Positions 1 through 12,545 of a stretch of DNA of 64,000 nucleotides are shown here, piece after piece; within the stretch, counting starts at the first letter, position 1; every line of letters starts with the position of its first letter. The translations under genes and the position numbers were made by a program. Under the pieces are notes generated by a model. That model was given only the letters and a program-made list of their open reading frames with translations, searched no databases and was not told where the DNA came from. Location: the NCBI RefSeq assembly GCF_965363235.1, contig NC_134842.1, forward strand, positions 34,104,757-34,168,756. The letters are read 5' to 3'. This DNA is from Mytilus galloprovincialis (taxonomy: Eukaryota).

Positions 1-295
1 CAGGACTGTTACCCTAGCTCCTATGGCTATGGTATTGACAAGTACTGCCTGAATCATGAATGTAGGATTTCTTTTATAAGGTTTTCATGGATTAAATTGA
101 AAAGTACTAGTCCACATCAAAGATAATAAAATCCCTGAAAGTCTAACAAATAAACGAAATTCTTTTCTCAAAATTTGCACATTTCATTAAAGATCTATTT
201 TTACAACCCAATTTTGTTCTGCTTATTTACAATTAATTCAAAGATGGCGGAAGACACCTGCGCTATTTCAAGCAAACATTCTTTTAGAACAAATT

Positions 296-1215
296 TATCT
301 TTAAAAAAATATACGCTGACATTTTCTTGATTATTTTTGCATTTAAAAAATTATAATAATAAATATAATACTGTTAATAACCAAAACACCAAATAAATAG
401 TTAACATTGTCATGCAAGGGGACTAATTAGTTATCAAAGGTACCAGGATTATAATTTAGTACGCCAGACATGCATTTCGTCTACTTAAGACTCATGGGTG
501 ACGCTCAAATCAAAATATTTATAAAGCCAAACAAGTACAAAGTTGAAGAGAACTCATACATTAAAAGGTAAGAAACTTTAAACAGATAAATTTATAAGCA
601 AGACAAGATCTGCATGTTAGTCAAGTCAGAGACATATATACACTGTGTATATATGTCTCTGGTCAAGTGGAGTAAATCTTGAATCTCCTGTTAAATGACT
701 TCTCATTCAGTGTTATTGCCCTTAAATATTTTTTTTTTACCATTGTCATAATATTAAAGATAAGATCTTCAAATATGTCAACATGACTGAATTGTTAGAG
801 TAATTCAGATTTAATTTCCCCTTTCATGATGACTTTTACTATAAAATGGTCATTATTAAAGAAACAGGTATGCTACACAGGCATCTTTGCTGACCTACTT
901 ACATATATTTTCTTGATCATTTTTGCATTTAAAAGTTTCTATTTATCAAATAATATGCAAAATAAATAGTTAACATTGTCATGAAAGGGGACTAACTCAT
1001 GCAATAAAAGACAGAACTTTTAATAGCAAAAATGATAAACAAGACAAGATCTGCAAAAAAATTAGTAACGAAAATCTTCTGTTGACTCCTCATTAGAGTT
1101 ATTGCCCTTTAATGACAATTTTTACCAATATTTTAATTGCGAATAAGATCTTCAAATATGTCAACATGACTAAATGCTAGTCAATTCTTAATAGAATTAT
1201 TCCATTAAATACTGA
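296..1215. repeat. Tandem segmental duplication, about 570-bp unit: copy 1 ~300-870, truncated copy 2 ~880-1215
   Basis: Shared blocks: cttgatyatttttgcatttaaaa, aataaatagttaacattgtcatgmaaggggactaa, acaagacaagatctgca, gttattgccctt...ataagatcttcaaatatgtcaacatgact. Confidence 0.7.
625..665. repeat. Near-perfect 17-bp-arm palindrome cagagacatatatacac|tg|tgtatatatgtctctg
   Basis: Read directly; the arms are reverse complements. Confidence 0.8.
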
Positions 1216-2538
1216 TGACTTAATTTTATTATAAAAGAGGGACGAAAGATTAGAATTTATCTGTTGAGAGTGGATATTTGTATTGTATTGCAAATAATTT
1301 AGTGGTGGAATCTGTTTCTTGGATGAATTTTAAACAATTTGCAGACATTCTTTTTGAATGATCTGCAAAAAAATGTGTTAATTCTATGCGAAGTCATTAG
1401 GCATGGCGTCTCAATAGGAAATTCCGAATGAAATTCAGAGGATAATAGAATTTTGACCAATGAATTACTGACCATGTCATTCTTCACACTGAACTGCTAA
1501 ATCTACAGGCCCAGAGCTCAATTTTTGAAAATTTTTAGTTAGATTCTGTTGGCATGTAGGTGTGATTTTTACAGGCCCGAGAGCAATTTTACCAGCCTGG
1601 GCTGCCTGGGCTGCCACTCGGCGTGAAGACTGCAATGAGATCAAAGGAATCAAACACTTTGATTGAATTGGGAAAAGGATAAATCTTTTAAGAATTAGAG
1701 AAACAGATTAACATGATCATAATCATTGTTTATATGGTTTGGTTGGGTTGGCCTTGCTCAACCTTAAGGGCATACGATACAGTTTCAGGGGAGGTAATGA
1801 CGTTGCTAACGTAAAATATTATTTTCACGACTTTAAACTGTGACATATCGGGAAAAGATGCATTTTTCGATTGATTTTTATCATTCAAACTGATTTAATT
1901 TGAAAACGAGTGCATGGACCCCTATTTTTTAAAACAACATTTTGTGTCATTTTGCAGGAAGATTATGTGGACCAAATTTTATAAAACTGTAAATAGTGCA
2001 ATTTTTTAAATTACATTTTTTTCTCAATTCATGACCATTTGAAAAATATGAATTATTTCTGAATAAAATATGCGTAAATGTTTAGGATACTAAGAACAGA
2101 AATTACAAGTTATTTAACAAAAAATAATTTGTGTTTATCTTTCAAAACAAAAAAGTTATAGCTTTCTTCGAAAGGAAAAATACGGCCACAAATCCGAATT
2201 TTGAGCAAATATACAAAATTTCAACCTCATTTAACTCAAAAAGTAGCACATGAAGGTATATTTTTATTACATATTTGATTTAATCAGGCAAAAAATAGCC
2301 TTTATGGAAATTTTCATCAAACTGTAAATACGGGATCAAAACTGTATCATATGCCCTTAACATTTCTATGTTGTGTTTTGTGAAATGTCTTTTGGTCTTT
2401 TTCTTTTTTAATTGCCATAGTATTGTCAGTTATTTGTATTTATGACTTATGAGTTTGAATGTACAGATGGTATCTTTAGCCTTTCTTTTATATGAGCTGG
2501 CAATTAAAATTTCTACATAATTTTCTTTTTCAGATAGA

Positions 2539-3345
2539 ATGGAAAAAATACAATCAGCTGAATCTTGGACAGCGCCCGTGAAAAGAAAAATTGCCAGTAG
2601 TAATGATTTAGACGAATTTCAGAAATCTTTTGATCACTGGCAAAATTTTACCGAAAGTTTAATGAAGGAAAAATCAAAACTAGTGGAGGATGTCAATGCA
2701 CTTTCTCAAGATAAACAAAAAATTACGTCAAAAAATGAAGAGCTTGAGAATCAAATTGACCATTTACAAACTGTTCTGGATTCTACACATAAAAGTTTAC
2801 ATAGGATTTGTGACGTCGAGGAAGAAAACAGGAAAATTAAAACAAATTTAGAAAGGCTAAAAACTGATATTGAAGATTCAAATTTAAAAATGAATGAGAA
2901 AGAAAGACAACATAATAGAATTTTAGAGGAAAAAGAGATTGACAATGAAAAACAGAAAGAAGAAGTTAGAAATTCAATGAAAATTTTATTAGAAAATGAG
3001 AAAGAGAGTTATGAAATTACCTTAAGAAAAAAGAATTTAGAGGTAAAAGAACTGAAAGAAAAATTACAAGCATCAAATAGGGAATCTGAAGCTGAGATTG
3101 TTAGAGTATCAATGGAATATGAGAGTAAATTGGCAAAACTACGGCAAAAAATACCAAGTACAACAGCACATGGTTTATCAACAAATCAGGAAATATTCAG
3201 AATGAAATTACAACACATGAAAAATGAGTATGAAAGAGAGGTTCGTCTATTGCGAGAACAAGTATCAGAACTTGAAGAAAGAGTAACTGCTCCACCTAGT
3301 GGTAACAGAATGACATTTACATCAAGTAAAAAACGAAGATTTTAA
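2539..3345 (+). CDS. Coiled-coil protein, E/K/L-rich, 268 aa. Single-exon gene or first/terminal coding exon. Acceptor-like tttctttttcag at 2521-2533 lies just upstream of the ATG.
   Basis: Long ORF in the six-frame track. Heptad-like E/K/L-rich composition (EELENQIDHLQTVLD, LEVKELKEKLQ). In-frame TAA stop at 2518-2520 upstream, so the ATG at 2539 is the first possible start. AATAAA at 3456-3461 downstream. Confidence 0.55.
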   Translation: MEKIQSAESWTAPVKRKIASSNDLDEFQKSFDHWQNFTESLMKEKSKLVEDVNALSQDKQKITSKNEELENQIDHLQTVLDSTHKSLHRICDVEEENRKIKTNLERLKTDIEDSNLKMNEKERQHNRILEEKEIDNEKQKEEVRNSMKILLENEKESYEITLRKKNLEVKELKEKLQASNRESEAEIVRVSMEYESKLAKLRQKIPSTTAHGLSTNQEIFRMKLQHMKNEYEREVRLLREQVSELEERVTAPPSGNRMTFTSSKKRRF

Positions 3346-3455
3346 AAGTTTCTCTACATGACTTAATTTATATGTTGCAATTTAATTATGTTAAGTTTGA
3401 CTTAGATTGAGTGATCCTTTGTGATATTTTTGGTTAATGTTTATGTTTTTCATAT

Positions 3456-3461
3456 AAATAA
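3456..3461 (+). promoter_or_regulatory. Candidate polyadenylation signal AATAAA for the coiled-coil gene
   Basis: aataaa about 110 nt downstream of the stop codon. Confidence 0.3.
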
Positions 3462-4239
3462 AATGATCAAATATTAGTTTTTATTTTTAGCTCACCTGGC
3501 CCAAAGCACTTGGTGTCCGTCGACGATCGTTGTCGTCTGTTAACTTTTACACAAATCTTCTCCTCTGAAACTCCTTAACCAAATTTAACCAATATTGGCC
3601 ACAATCATCACTAGGGTATCTAGTTTACAAAAAATTTTCTGATGATCCTGCCTGTCAACCAAGATGGCCGACATGGCCAAAAAATGAACATAGGGTAAAA
3701 TGCAGTTTTTGGCTATATCTCTGAAACTAATACATTTAGTGCAAATCTGACATTGGGTTTATATGTTCATCAAATTAAGATCTATCTGCCAACAAATTTT
3801 CAGACAAATCCAACATCCAGCTGTTGGGTTGCTGTCCCTGAATTTGTTATTTTAAGGAAATTTTGCAGTTTTTGGTTATTACCTTAGATATCATTATATT
3901 ATCTGATAATATTTAATATCTAATACTGTTAATTATGTTTTGATTTCACATGATTTACAAAGCATCAGTAAACACAGGTGAGCAACACAGGCTCTTGAGA
4001 GCCTCTAGTTAATATTGAACACAATACAGCTGCTGGTTTTGATTTGCTAGTCTTGATTTTTGGTGTATATATAATTTATTGAAGTGCTGTGATGAGCTTG
4101 TTTTCCATAGAACAAAAATTGTTGTTTGCTACAAACCAAATCCCTGCACAGACAGCATAAAAACATTTTTCCTGACTTTTTAACTGATTTTTATCCATTT
4201 GATCTATTAACAGGTACAAATGAAGAATCAAAACACAGG

Positions 4240-4760
4240 AAACAAAAATGTGTCCTCAGTACACGGATGCCCCATCCACACTATCATTTTCTATGTTCAG
4301 TGGATTGTGTAAGGGACTACATCAAAAGATCGATGTAGGATAAAAAACTTAAATCAAATAGAATGGGGGGTGGGGTTAAAATTCTGCAAGTTTTGTATAT
4401 CTAAAATCGATTTTTACATATATCCCTATTGGTAAATCAATTTTTCCCAAATTAAGTTAAGAGGAGGGGTGGGGGTCAGTGAAAAAACTATGTGAATTAG
4501 GTTTTTTATCCTACATTGAACTTTTGATGTCATCCCTAAATTGGGGAAAATCTCTAATTGGGCATCAAAATTATAAAGATCATATCATCAAGGACATGTG
4601 TATTAAGTTTCAAGTTGATTGGACTTCAACTTCATCAAAAACTACCTCAACCAAAAACTTTAACCTGAAGGGGGACAGACAAACGGACAAACAGACAGAG
4701 GGACGAACTAACGGACGTACAGACCTGAAAACATAATGCCCATAAATGGGGCAAAAAAAT
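4240..4760 (+). mobile_element. Interspersed repeat family 2 (SINE-like, about 500 bp, with a (ACAGACGG/GAACG)n microsatellite and ATAATGCCCATAAATGGGGCA tail). Other copies at ~39780-40100 (+) and ~58590-58930 (-).
   Basis: Three copies share CCACACTATCATTTTCTATGTTCAGTGGA...AAGTTTCAAGTTGATTGGAC(T/C)TCAACTTCATCAAAAACTAC...ATAATKCCCMTAARTGGGGCA. Confidence 0.7.
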
Positions 4761-5854
4761 TCAAAATATGAACATTACAGACAAGGTTTAAGTTAATATT
4801 ATCCTCTGACACCAACAACCATTGTCAAGGACTGAGACAAAAGTGAAAGTCTTTCCCTTAGGTCTAAATTTTCTGGGCTTTTGCTTGTTCATTACTTTAT
4901 TCTTGATATTTCTTATTGACATTGTAACGTTGGTACCAGATAAATCTTTTAAAGATCAACAGTACTATTATTTCCATTACACTGTATAAGAAGAGGAATA
5001 ACACAAGAAGAAGCAATTAAAACATAGAATTGTAAACCATACCTATTAAACTAGAACAAACTTAATGGCAAAAATTTGTAAACAATCAGGAATCGGATGT
5101 TTAGCAGTTGTCATTTGTTTTATAAGGTTCATAAGTGTTTCTCATTTTTTTTTAATAAAGATTGGACCGTTGGTTTTCAAGTTTGAATGGTTTACAATAG
5201 TCATTTTTGGGGCCCTTTATAGCTTGCTGTTCAGTGCTAGCCAAGGCTTTGTGTTGACGACCGTACTTTGACCTATAATGGTTTACTTTTATAAATTGTG
5301 AATCGTCTCATTGGCACTTATACCACATCTTCTTATATCTATATATATGTATTCATGCAGATGTGAAAAGTTGCACAGGGAGAACCAGAGATCTGACTTT
5401 CATCAAATTCCTAGATGATCATGGACACAAGAAACTAGATATCTAAGGGTATTATATTAGCTTAGAATTTATGATGATAACTTTTTACAAATTTTATTAT
5501 TTTCTCTTAAACTTACATAATGTTACAATATTCAACAAAATTGAAAAAATCACTTAAACAATCACAACTAAGTAAGAATTTTTACTCTTGTAATATTTTC
5601 ATGCATTTTATTATTTCAGTAATTTTGACAATAGTAGTTTTCTCTGACCATTATAAACTAATAATTTTGGATGTAACACATCTTCTGATTGGCTGACATC
5701 GTTTTGTTTATCTTATTATAGACACAATTTTGTCGTGTGACCATGACGTCATCAACGTTTTTTCATGATTTGCGCCGGTTTAAAATGGAATTTAGAATTA
5801 AATTATATTAAGAAATAACTGTAATATTTTGTCAGTCTATTCGAAATAACATAA

Positions 5855-6890
5855 AAAATAGGCAGTTGCTATTTGTCCGGCCAATACAATGCGCATGTCA
5901 CTATATTATTTGTGTGTGTGTGTAATATTATCTTCAGCAGCACCAGATGGGTAGCACATGTTTGTAATCTTTAGTGTTAGGGCCTAATCTTGTTACTGGT
6001 AATCAGTGAAATTGTTGTTTTCTTCATACTAGTATATAATCCAATGTGGATAAAGAATAATTAGAAAAAAATTATATATATCCCATTTTTTTTATATAAG
6101 AAGAGAGTAGAAATTACTTGTAAAACAAACTTAGTAGTGCTTGAATCGTGCATTTTAAGTTAACGTAAAGGATTTTGTCTAGCTGAAAAAGGTACAAAAT
6201 TATTATGTCTGTAGCTGTCAAAAAGAATTATAGAACCCTTGACATAAAGTTATCCATATTTTGAGTGAGAGGTGAGAGATTTTTCTATAATCCCCCCCCC
6301 CCCAAAAAAAAAAAGTAAAAACACTGTTTTTTTATTCTATTCACATGGGGGGTCGGGGTGACACGGTGTGCTCTTTTTCCCAAATTTCACTTCTTTTTTT
6401 TTCTCCTGATCACATCTTTGTTGTCCCGTGTATTCATTACCCCACTTTTTATAATCCTATTTCCAACATCCCCACTTCAAGTTTGTAGCCTCAATCCCCC
6501 CCCTTGTAAAGACCTTTCTCAACTACTCTTGCTTTTAACATCTTTTCCACCATTTACACAGCTGTTGCGAGTCGAATAATTTTGTAAAACTAGTTCTCCG
6601 ATCAGTTATCTTTTATTTCCCATTTTCCTTGTGATTTCAATTTTTTTGAGTCCTTTTATAAGATTATATCATTCTTGGAAGTTCATAATATCATGTTCCA
6701 TTGTCAAATTCCGCAAACTGTAAAATTTATTACAAATATTGATATCACCGTTTTCAGCCATGATCCTAAAATTGAAAACCAGTGATCAGATTACACGTGC
6801 TCCCTTGGTGCTACTGAAGATAATATTACACGCACTTCCAAACGCACATTATATGACATGCTTATTACAATGGCCGGACAAATAGCCCTG
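5855..6890. mobile_element. Foldback/TIR element of about 1.05 kb with about 100-bp inverted arms (5855-5960 vs 6785-6890) and internal C13/A11 homopolymers
   Basis: GCTATTTGTCCGGCCAATACAATGCGCATG...GTAATATTATCTTCAGCAGCACCAG pairs with the reverse complement of TGGTGCTACTGAAGATAATATTACACGCAC...ATGCTTATTACAATGGCCGGACAAATAGC. Confidence 0.65.
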
Positions 6891-7286
6891 ACAAATAGTC
6901 ACTCCATATAAATATTAGTCATTCCTTAAATTATGCAAATAAGATATATATATATGTAAAAAAAGTATCCTTTTTAATGACATTGAAATTTCATATGAAA
7001 AGAACTTCACATGTATGTTTATCAGATCTTTTTTTATTTAACTATGATATTGAGATTCATATATTTTGTACATTCAATGTTTAATAAAAAAGAGTTTAAG
7101 AGTAATAATTCTGTAACTTCACAAAAAATGTCCTAAAAAAAAATATAAATCGACTTTAAATTAGGTCGATGTGACTGTATCACAACAACATTAACCAGAA
7201 TGTATAAATCAACAAAGAATCTGACAAACATACTGACAATATATAATTTATAAAACACTACACCAAACTGAGACCACAACAACTAG

Positions 7287-9172
7287 TCTCACCCTTCCCT
7301 AGATTTTCCATCAAAACATGATGGAATTTTGTGATGGAACAAATGCCATCATCTTGATGGAGTATTGGAACAGCTTTCCATCAACTTTCCATCAATGATG
7401 GAAAATGGTTGATGGAAATTTTTTGATGGAATTTGTGTTCATGATGGTGGAAAACTGATGGCATAATTTCCATCTGATGGATAATTGATGGTATTTTTGC
7501 CATCTGATGGATAATTGATGGAACATTTTAACTGATGGAATATTTTCCATTACATGTAATATGCATGGAAACTTGATGGAGAATTGACCATCAGATGGAA
7601 TTTGAAAATCTTTCCATATATGGCATTTTCTGTGATGTCATAAAACAATATTTGTTCTCTGTCGTCTATAGGTAGTCCAGTTACATGTGTGTATCTTTTA
7701 GTTCAGTACTGTCCCATTGGAATCTCTGTCCTTAAAGTTGAATTAGTTGATGGCAAATTCTGCAAAATAAAAATAAAAGAATCTAGCATATTATAAACAT
7801 GATTAAATTAGAATAAGTTAACATTGTAAAGACATAAAGTAAAGTTATTAGTTACTTGTCATTTGTGGATTATATAAATGTATAATTGTCAGTCATACCA
7901 CAGATCTCTAATTTTATAGCAAAATTATTTTATTGGAATTAAGTACTAAATAATTTTATAAAAAAAATAATGTTTTAAAATGATACAAAATATGATTCCT
8001 GTCGTACACAATTGTATGATATGTATATTCACATTTTTTGTGTCATTTGGTCTTTTGTTGATAGTTGTCTCACTGGCAATTATACCATGTATACCACATC
8101 TTCTTGATTAATAATTTCTATAAATCTATGGTCTAGTGTTTTTCTCTTGACTCTGAAAAGCTAATAAAACATTTTAAATGTCACTTAACTTTGAACTAAA
8201 AGAGCATGCACATATATTCAAAATGGTGGAAATTCTAATACATTGTACTTACCAAAAGATTTAATCCAGAACATGTGTACACACTAATCTTCCTAAATCC
8301 AAGAGACAATTATGTCATCAGAAGAATACATCTGCACTATTCAATCCCATTCAATAGAATTAATAAGAACCTTTTGATCTAAATCCATTGTAAAATTCAT
8401 AATTTGTTAATGACAGAAGACATCTTTGCTTCTTGTCTGCATGTTCATGAATGTTCAAATTTGAATTTGTTGATTTGTTGAGGTTGTGTAGGGTCTTGTG
8501 ACAATTTGATTTCTTTGAAATGTGCCCCTAATAAATACTGTTAATTATCTCAATCTTGAATAATTGCTATAAATTATATAAAAAATATGTATTTATAGTT
8601 TGTAGTTTATCTTTATGTTATATTTAGTTAGAGAAGAATGCATAAAAACATGTGCTCTCCTCATTGGGCCTCAAACTCTGTGTTCATTTATGATGTCACA
8701 TCCTGTACACAAATGTTAAAGGAAAACAGATTGGCACCTGACACCTGTGATGGAAAAATTTCTAAGTTTTTTTCCATCAAGAAAAATGACAGAGTCCAAA
8801 TACCATCCCTCTTTCCATCAAAGAAAATGTTTAAGTCCAATTTCCATCAAAATTCTTTTATTTCCATCCTATTTACCATCAGATGGAATAAGTGCCATCA
8901 TATTTTCCATCAGGGGTAAAAATGCCATCCAATTTTCCATCAAAGGGTAAAAATGCCATCCAATTTTCCATCAGGGGTTAAAGATTCCATCAAATTTTCC
9001 ATCAAAAGAATGATGATGGAAAAAATATTTCTAATTTCCATCATCCTTTGATGGATATTTTTGGTTTGGGATGGAATTCCATCAAGTACCATCAAATTTC
9101 CATCAATTGTCCATCAAGTGTTGATGGAAAATGAAGAAATTGATGGAAGATCTAGGGAAGGGCTGAGTGAGT
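7287..9172. mobile_element. Foldback-type DNA transposon-like element of about 1.9 kb. About 25-bp TIRs (CTCACCCTTCCCTAGATTTTCCATC / GATGGAAGATCTAGGGAAGGGCTGAGTGAG) and about 330-400-bp subterminal arrays of GATGGA(A/T)-containing short repeats in opposite orientation on the two arms (7300-7620 and 8740-9140).
   Basis: Termini are reverse complements; the left arm is full of TGATGGAA and the right arm of TTCCATCA. Confidence 0.7.
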
Positions 9173-9774
9173 GAGTAACAATTATAAGAATAAAACATTC
9201 AAAAACAAAAAAATGTACATGAATATAAACAATAAACATTAATATTCAAATAGCATTAATAAGATATAAATATTACTTGCATTGACTGTGACATAAAAAG
9301 TCCATTTACTAGATAATGTGAATTAATAAAATTAACAAATTAAAAAAAAAAATAATCAGGAAACTTGCATTGAAAAATAAAAACATTAATTATTATTGCT
9401 GTAATATAAAACATGTTAAGTGTTGGAAGATATTAAGATATAGTAACCATTATTTTTCATATATTCTGCTGTACATATCTATAAATTGAGATATTTATGA
9501 AATATGTTGATTTTTCATAAATTTAGAGTTGATACATGTACTTACATTTATGTTAAAATCATAGAATTTCAAGGTTTGTTGAACAGGAGAAAAAACTCCT
9601 TAAATGTTATACCAAACAAATTCCATGCACAAATCAAATCCCTCCCAATAGAACACATTCTAATTGTAGAATGTGAGTAAAACATTATAACCAGCATAAT
9701 CCATGTATCAGATAAGCAACAAACTATCATAAAAACAATTTCGAAACTTTCTACACAACTTGGAGAATACACAC

Positions 9775-9965
9775 AACAAAAACAACCAGATGCTCCGCAG
9801 GGCGTAGCTTTATACGACCACAGAGGTCGAACTCTGAACAGTTGGGCAAGTATGGACACAACATTTAAGCTTGATACAGCTCTGAATTTGGATTGTGATT
9901 AAATAGTTGACACAACATAGGTTTCTGACACAGAATGAATGTGGTCTGAGAAACTTAAACCATGG
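9775..9965. repeat. Segment X: about 190 bp present again as an inverted copy at 45240-45425. Contains the TATACGACC motif.
   Basis: 9775-9965 CAGATGCTCCGCAGGGCGTAGCTTTATACGACCACAGAGGTCGAAC...GACACAGAATGAATGTGGTCTGA equals the reverse complement of 45240-45425. Confidence 0.75.
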
Positions 9966-11345
9966 AAGTATTATATTGACAGGAACTACAACGATTAATT
10001 AGCATTTATTTATAACCCGGGTAGCCCTGTAGAAAAGATATGGAAACTGTCTAATTAATACGCTGTCGTTAATTTCTTTTGTGACTATCTGCGATGCCGC
10101 AGTCATAAATTGACCAGAGATACTTCTTATCAATCACGTGGTTTTAATCGAGACAGCTTAACAATATTACCTGTCGGAAAACACCTTTACTTATTCCAAT
10201 CGCCTCCGTAGACCTTTATTCGTGAACAACTTATTTAAACAAATCGACTGATGCATAAAAAATGAAAATCGACCCAGAATTAATTATTCTACAACGATTT
10301 GAAATAGTGAGTGACATTATTTTATTAGTTTGTGGGTGAAGTTTAAATCGCGATTAAGGTGTGTTCCGGTTACCGCCGGTTAACATTAAATATATTTGAT
10401 AAATATTAAAACTGTGAAGTTTAGAGTAATATATATGGTTAAGTTACTGGATAATCCTGGAAAGTAGAAATTTCCAGTTTACAATACGAAAATTAATCGA
10501 GCAAGTACCAATCAACAAAATACAGCAGAAGAAAACAGAGATCTAACTACGTTATATAGATATTTATATAATACATTTCTGTCCCCTAAAATATGTTAGC
10601 ACTATCCGACCAAATGAAACCGTCCAAATGATACTGGTAAATATTATTGAACAGTCGCACAAGTATATGTATAATGTCACTATACAAATCCTTGAGTCGC
10701 AGTACTAAAAAGTATTTCAACGCATCGGGGTTCAGCTGAACAGTCGTATATATACCAACCAATGATCTTACCCTGGATTTAGAACGAAGCTTAATAATTC
10801 CTACATTTACTCAAAATCTCTTTGATCCGTTTTGATTTTATCAGAACGATCATTTACAATCGTCTTAAATATGCAGGAAATGTGTGCCACTCAATGGAGT
10901 AAACAGTAGTTATTATATAATCACAACTTGCGATATATATTACATATAGTGCACTTTCTACCGAAAAAATAAATCAATAAAAATGAGGCATTTATTCAAT
11001 AATTTGGTACAAATTTCCATTGTCAATGTGTTTTTCTATAGAATTAATGATGACTCGCACTAATCCATCAATCACTCAATCGGCACAGTTAGGTAACGGA
11101 ATCTGCCGAGGTTTGCCGATTGCTGTTTCCTAAAAATTGATCACAACTTTTGATTTCTTCGTTTATTTCCGTTATCCCGAAAGCAACCGAGAATGACAAT
11201 ATTGTAGGGCACCACACGCTGGTATGTAAATAACGTGCCATGTTTCAAGCTAATTAACATGTCATTAAATTGGGCGCGGCATCGCAGATGAAACGTTTGA
11301 AGTCGGGTCGTAGTAGTTCCTGTCAATATAATACTTCCATGCTTA
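9960..11345. mobile_element. TIR-bounded insertion of about 1.4 kb. TIR CATGGAAGTATTATATTGACAGGAACTAC...CTGCGATGCCGC at both ends, inverted. No convincing ORF.
   Basis: 9960-10110 is nearly identical to the reverse complement of 11200-11345. The element separates segment X from the satellite array here, but is absent from the inverted copy at 44640-45240. Confidence 0.6.
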
Positions 11346-12125
11346 AACTTAACCCAAAAACTTAAAAATTTTAAATTGGACATTTACCTATTATGGTCCA
11401 ATATCCAAAATCTAAATACATGGTTAGATTCAGCATATCATAGAACCCCAAGAATTGTCCTTCTTTTACTTTAAGGGTCCTTAAACTTTACAGATTGACT
11501 TCTTTCATGGTTATAGTTAGGTTAGATGTTTTAGGTTAGGGTTAGGTTTTAGGGTTAGAGCTAGTGCTAGGTTTAGGAATCAGTTAGGGTAAGGTTTGGG
11601 GTTAGGGATAGTTTAGTATAGCTCTATATGGCTTGGTACTCCTAAAGTAAAAGAAGGCCCAAGAATTCAATTTTTTATGAAATCAAATAATGTTCAATTT
11701 TAGACCCTTTAGACCTCAATGTGGACCAATTTGATAAACAGGCCCAAATATTAAAAATCTAAATACATGGTTAGATTCAACATATCAAAGAATCCCTAGA
11801 ATTCAATTTTTGTTGAAATCTAACAAATTTTAATTTGGGACCCCGATTTGGACCAACTTGAAAACTGGGCCCATAATCAAAAATCTAAGTACATGTTTAA
11901 TTTCAGCATATCAAAGAACCCAAAGAATTTGATTTTTGTTAAAATCAAACTAAGTTTAATTTTGGACCCTTTGGACCTTAATGTAGACTAACTTGAAAAC
12001 AGGACCAAATATTAGGAATCTAAATACACGGTTAGATTCGGCATATCAAAGAACCCCAATGATTCATTTTTTGATGAATTCCAATATACGACCAAAACAT
12101 TTTCAATTTTTGCGGTCGCATAAAA
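11340..12125. repeat. Satellite array, about 140-150-bp unit, about 5 copies. An inverted copy of the same satellite lies at 44250-44640.
   Basis: Repeating unit ...AATCTAAATACATGGTTAGATTCAGCATATCAAAGAACCCCAAGAATTCAATTTTTGATGAAATC...GGACCAATTTGAAAACAGGCCCAAATATTAAAA... The array ends in the TATACGACC...GGTCGCATA hairpin at 12084-12122. Confidence 0.8.
11480..11620. repeat. Degenerate interstitial telomere-like tract (TTAGGG/TTAGGTT)n
   Basis: ttaggttagatgttttaggttagggttaggttttagggttagagctagtgctaggtttaggaatcagttagggtaaggtttggggttaggg. Confidence 0.6.
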
Positions 12126-12439
12126 ATAGTATATATCATTAAAAATGAATGAATAATCTTCTTTTATGGTATCTTCTGTTCTAAAATCTATATATTAATT
12201 TATAAAACACTTTTTTCCATGACTTATCTCCCTTGTTGATGGATTTTTTAAAAACATTATTTGAAATAATTTTAGGTAAACATCTCTCTTTAATCCTTGA
12301 TAATGTGATTTTTGCATTAATATGTTCAAGTCGTGGTAATTCTATAGCTTCAAAAAATGATAATATTCATTAGATATTGTATAAATTCTGTTTTAGAAAA
12401 ATAGCCCTCATTACAGAAATAAAAATCTTGAAAAGTCTT

Positions 12440-12545
12440 TCACAAGTCTCTTTCTTTGAAGTTCACCATGATACCAGTTTTTGCTCTCAAAACAACTTCC
12501 ATGAAAGGTTCAACAACATGATCTGGATCTAGTGATACTTCAAAT
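12440..12545 (-). CDS. CYP4 paralog A exon 12 (C-terminus + stop)
   Basis: Acceptor ttttaacag|ATTTGAAG. Translation FEVSLDPDHVVEPFMEVVLRAKTGIMVNFKERDL. TGA stop at 12440-12442. Exon lengths sum to 1518 nt = 505 aa + stop. Confidence 0.8.

Noticed and set aside
5740-5760. CRE-like palindrome TGACGTCA
   Set aside because: An 8-bp motif expected by chance in 64 kb and not near any mapped promoter.
6358-6579. Track ORF 6358..6579(+)
   Set aside because: It is a low-complexity poly-F/L/P translation of the pyrimidine-rich interior of the 5855-6890 foldback element.
8638-8950. Track ORFs 8638..8919 and 8747..8950
   Set aside because: They are translations of the TTCCATCA micro-repeat array in the right arm of the foldback element, and have low-complexity repetitive peptides (FHQ/SIK repeats).
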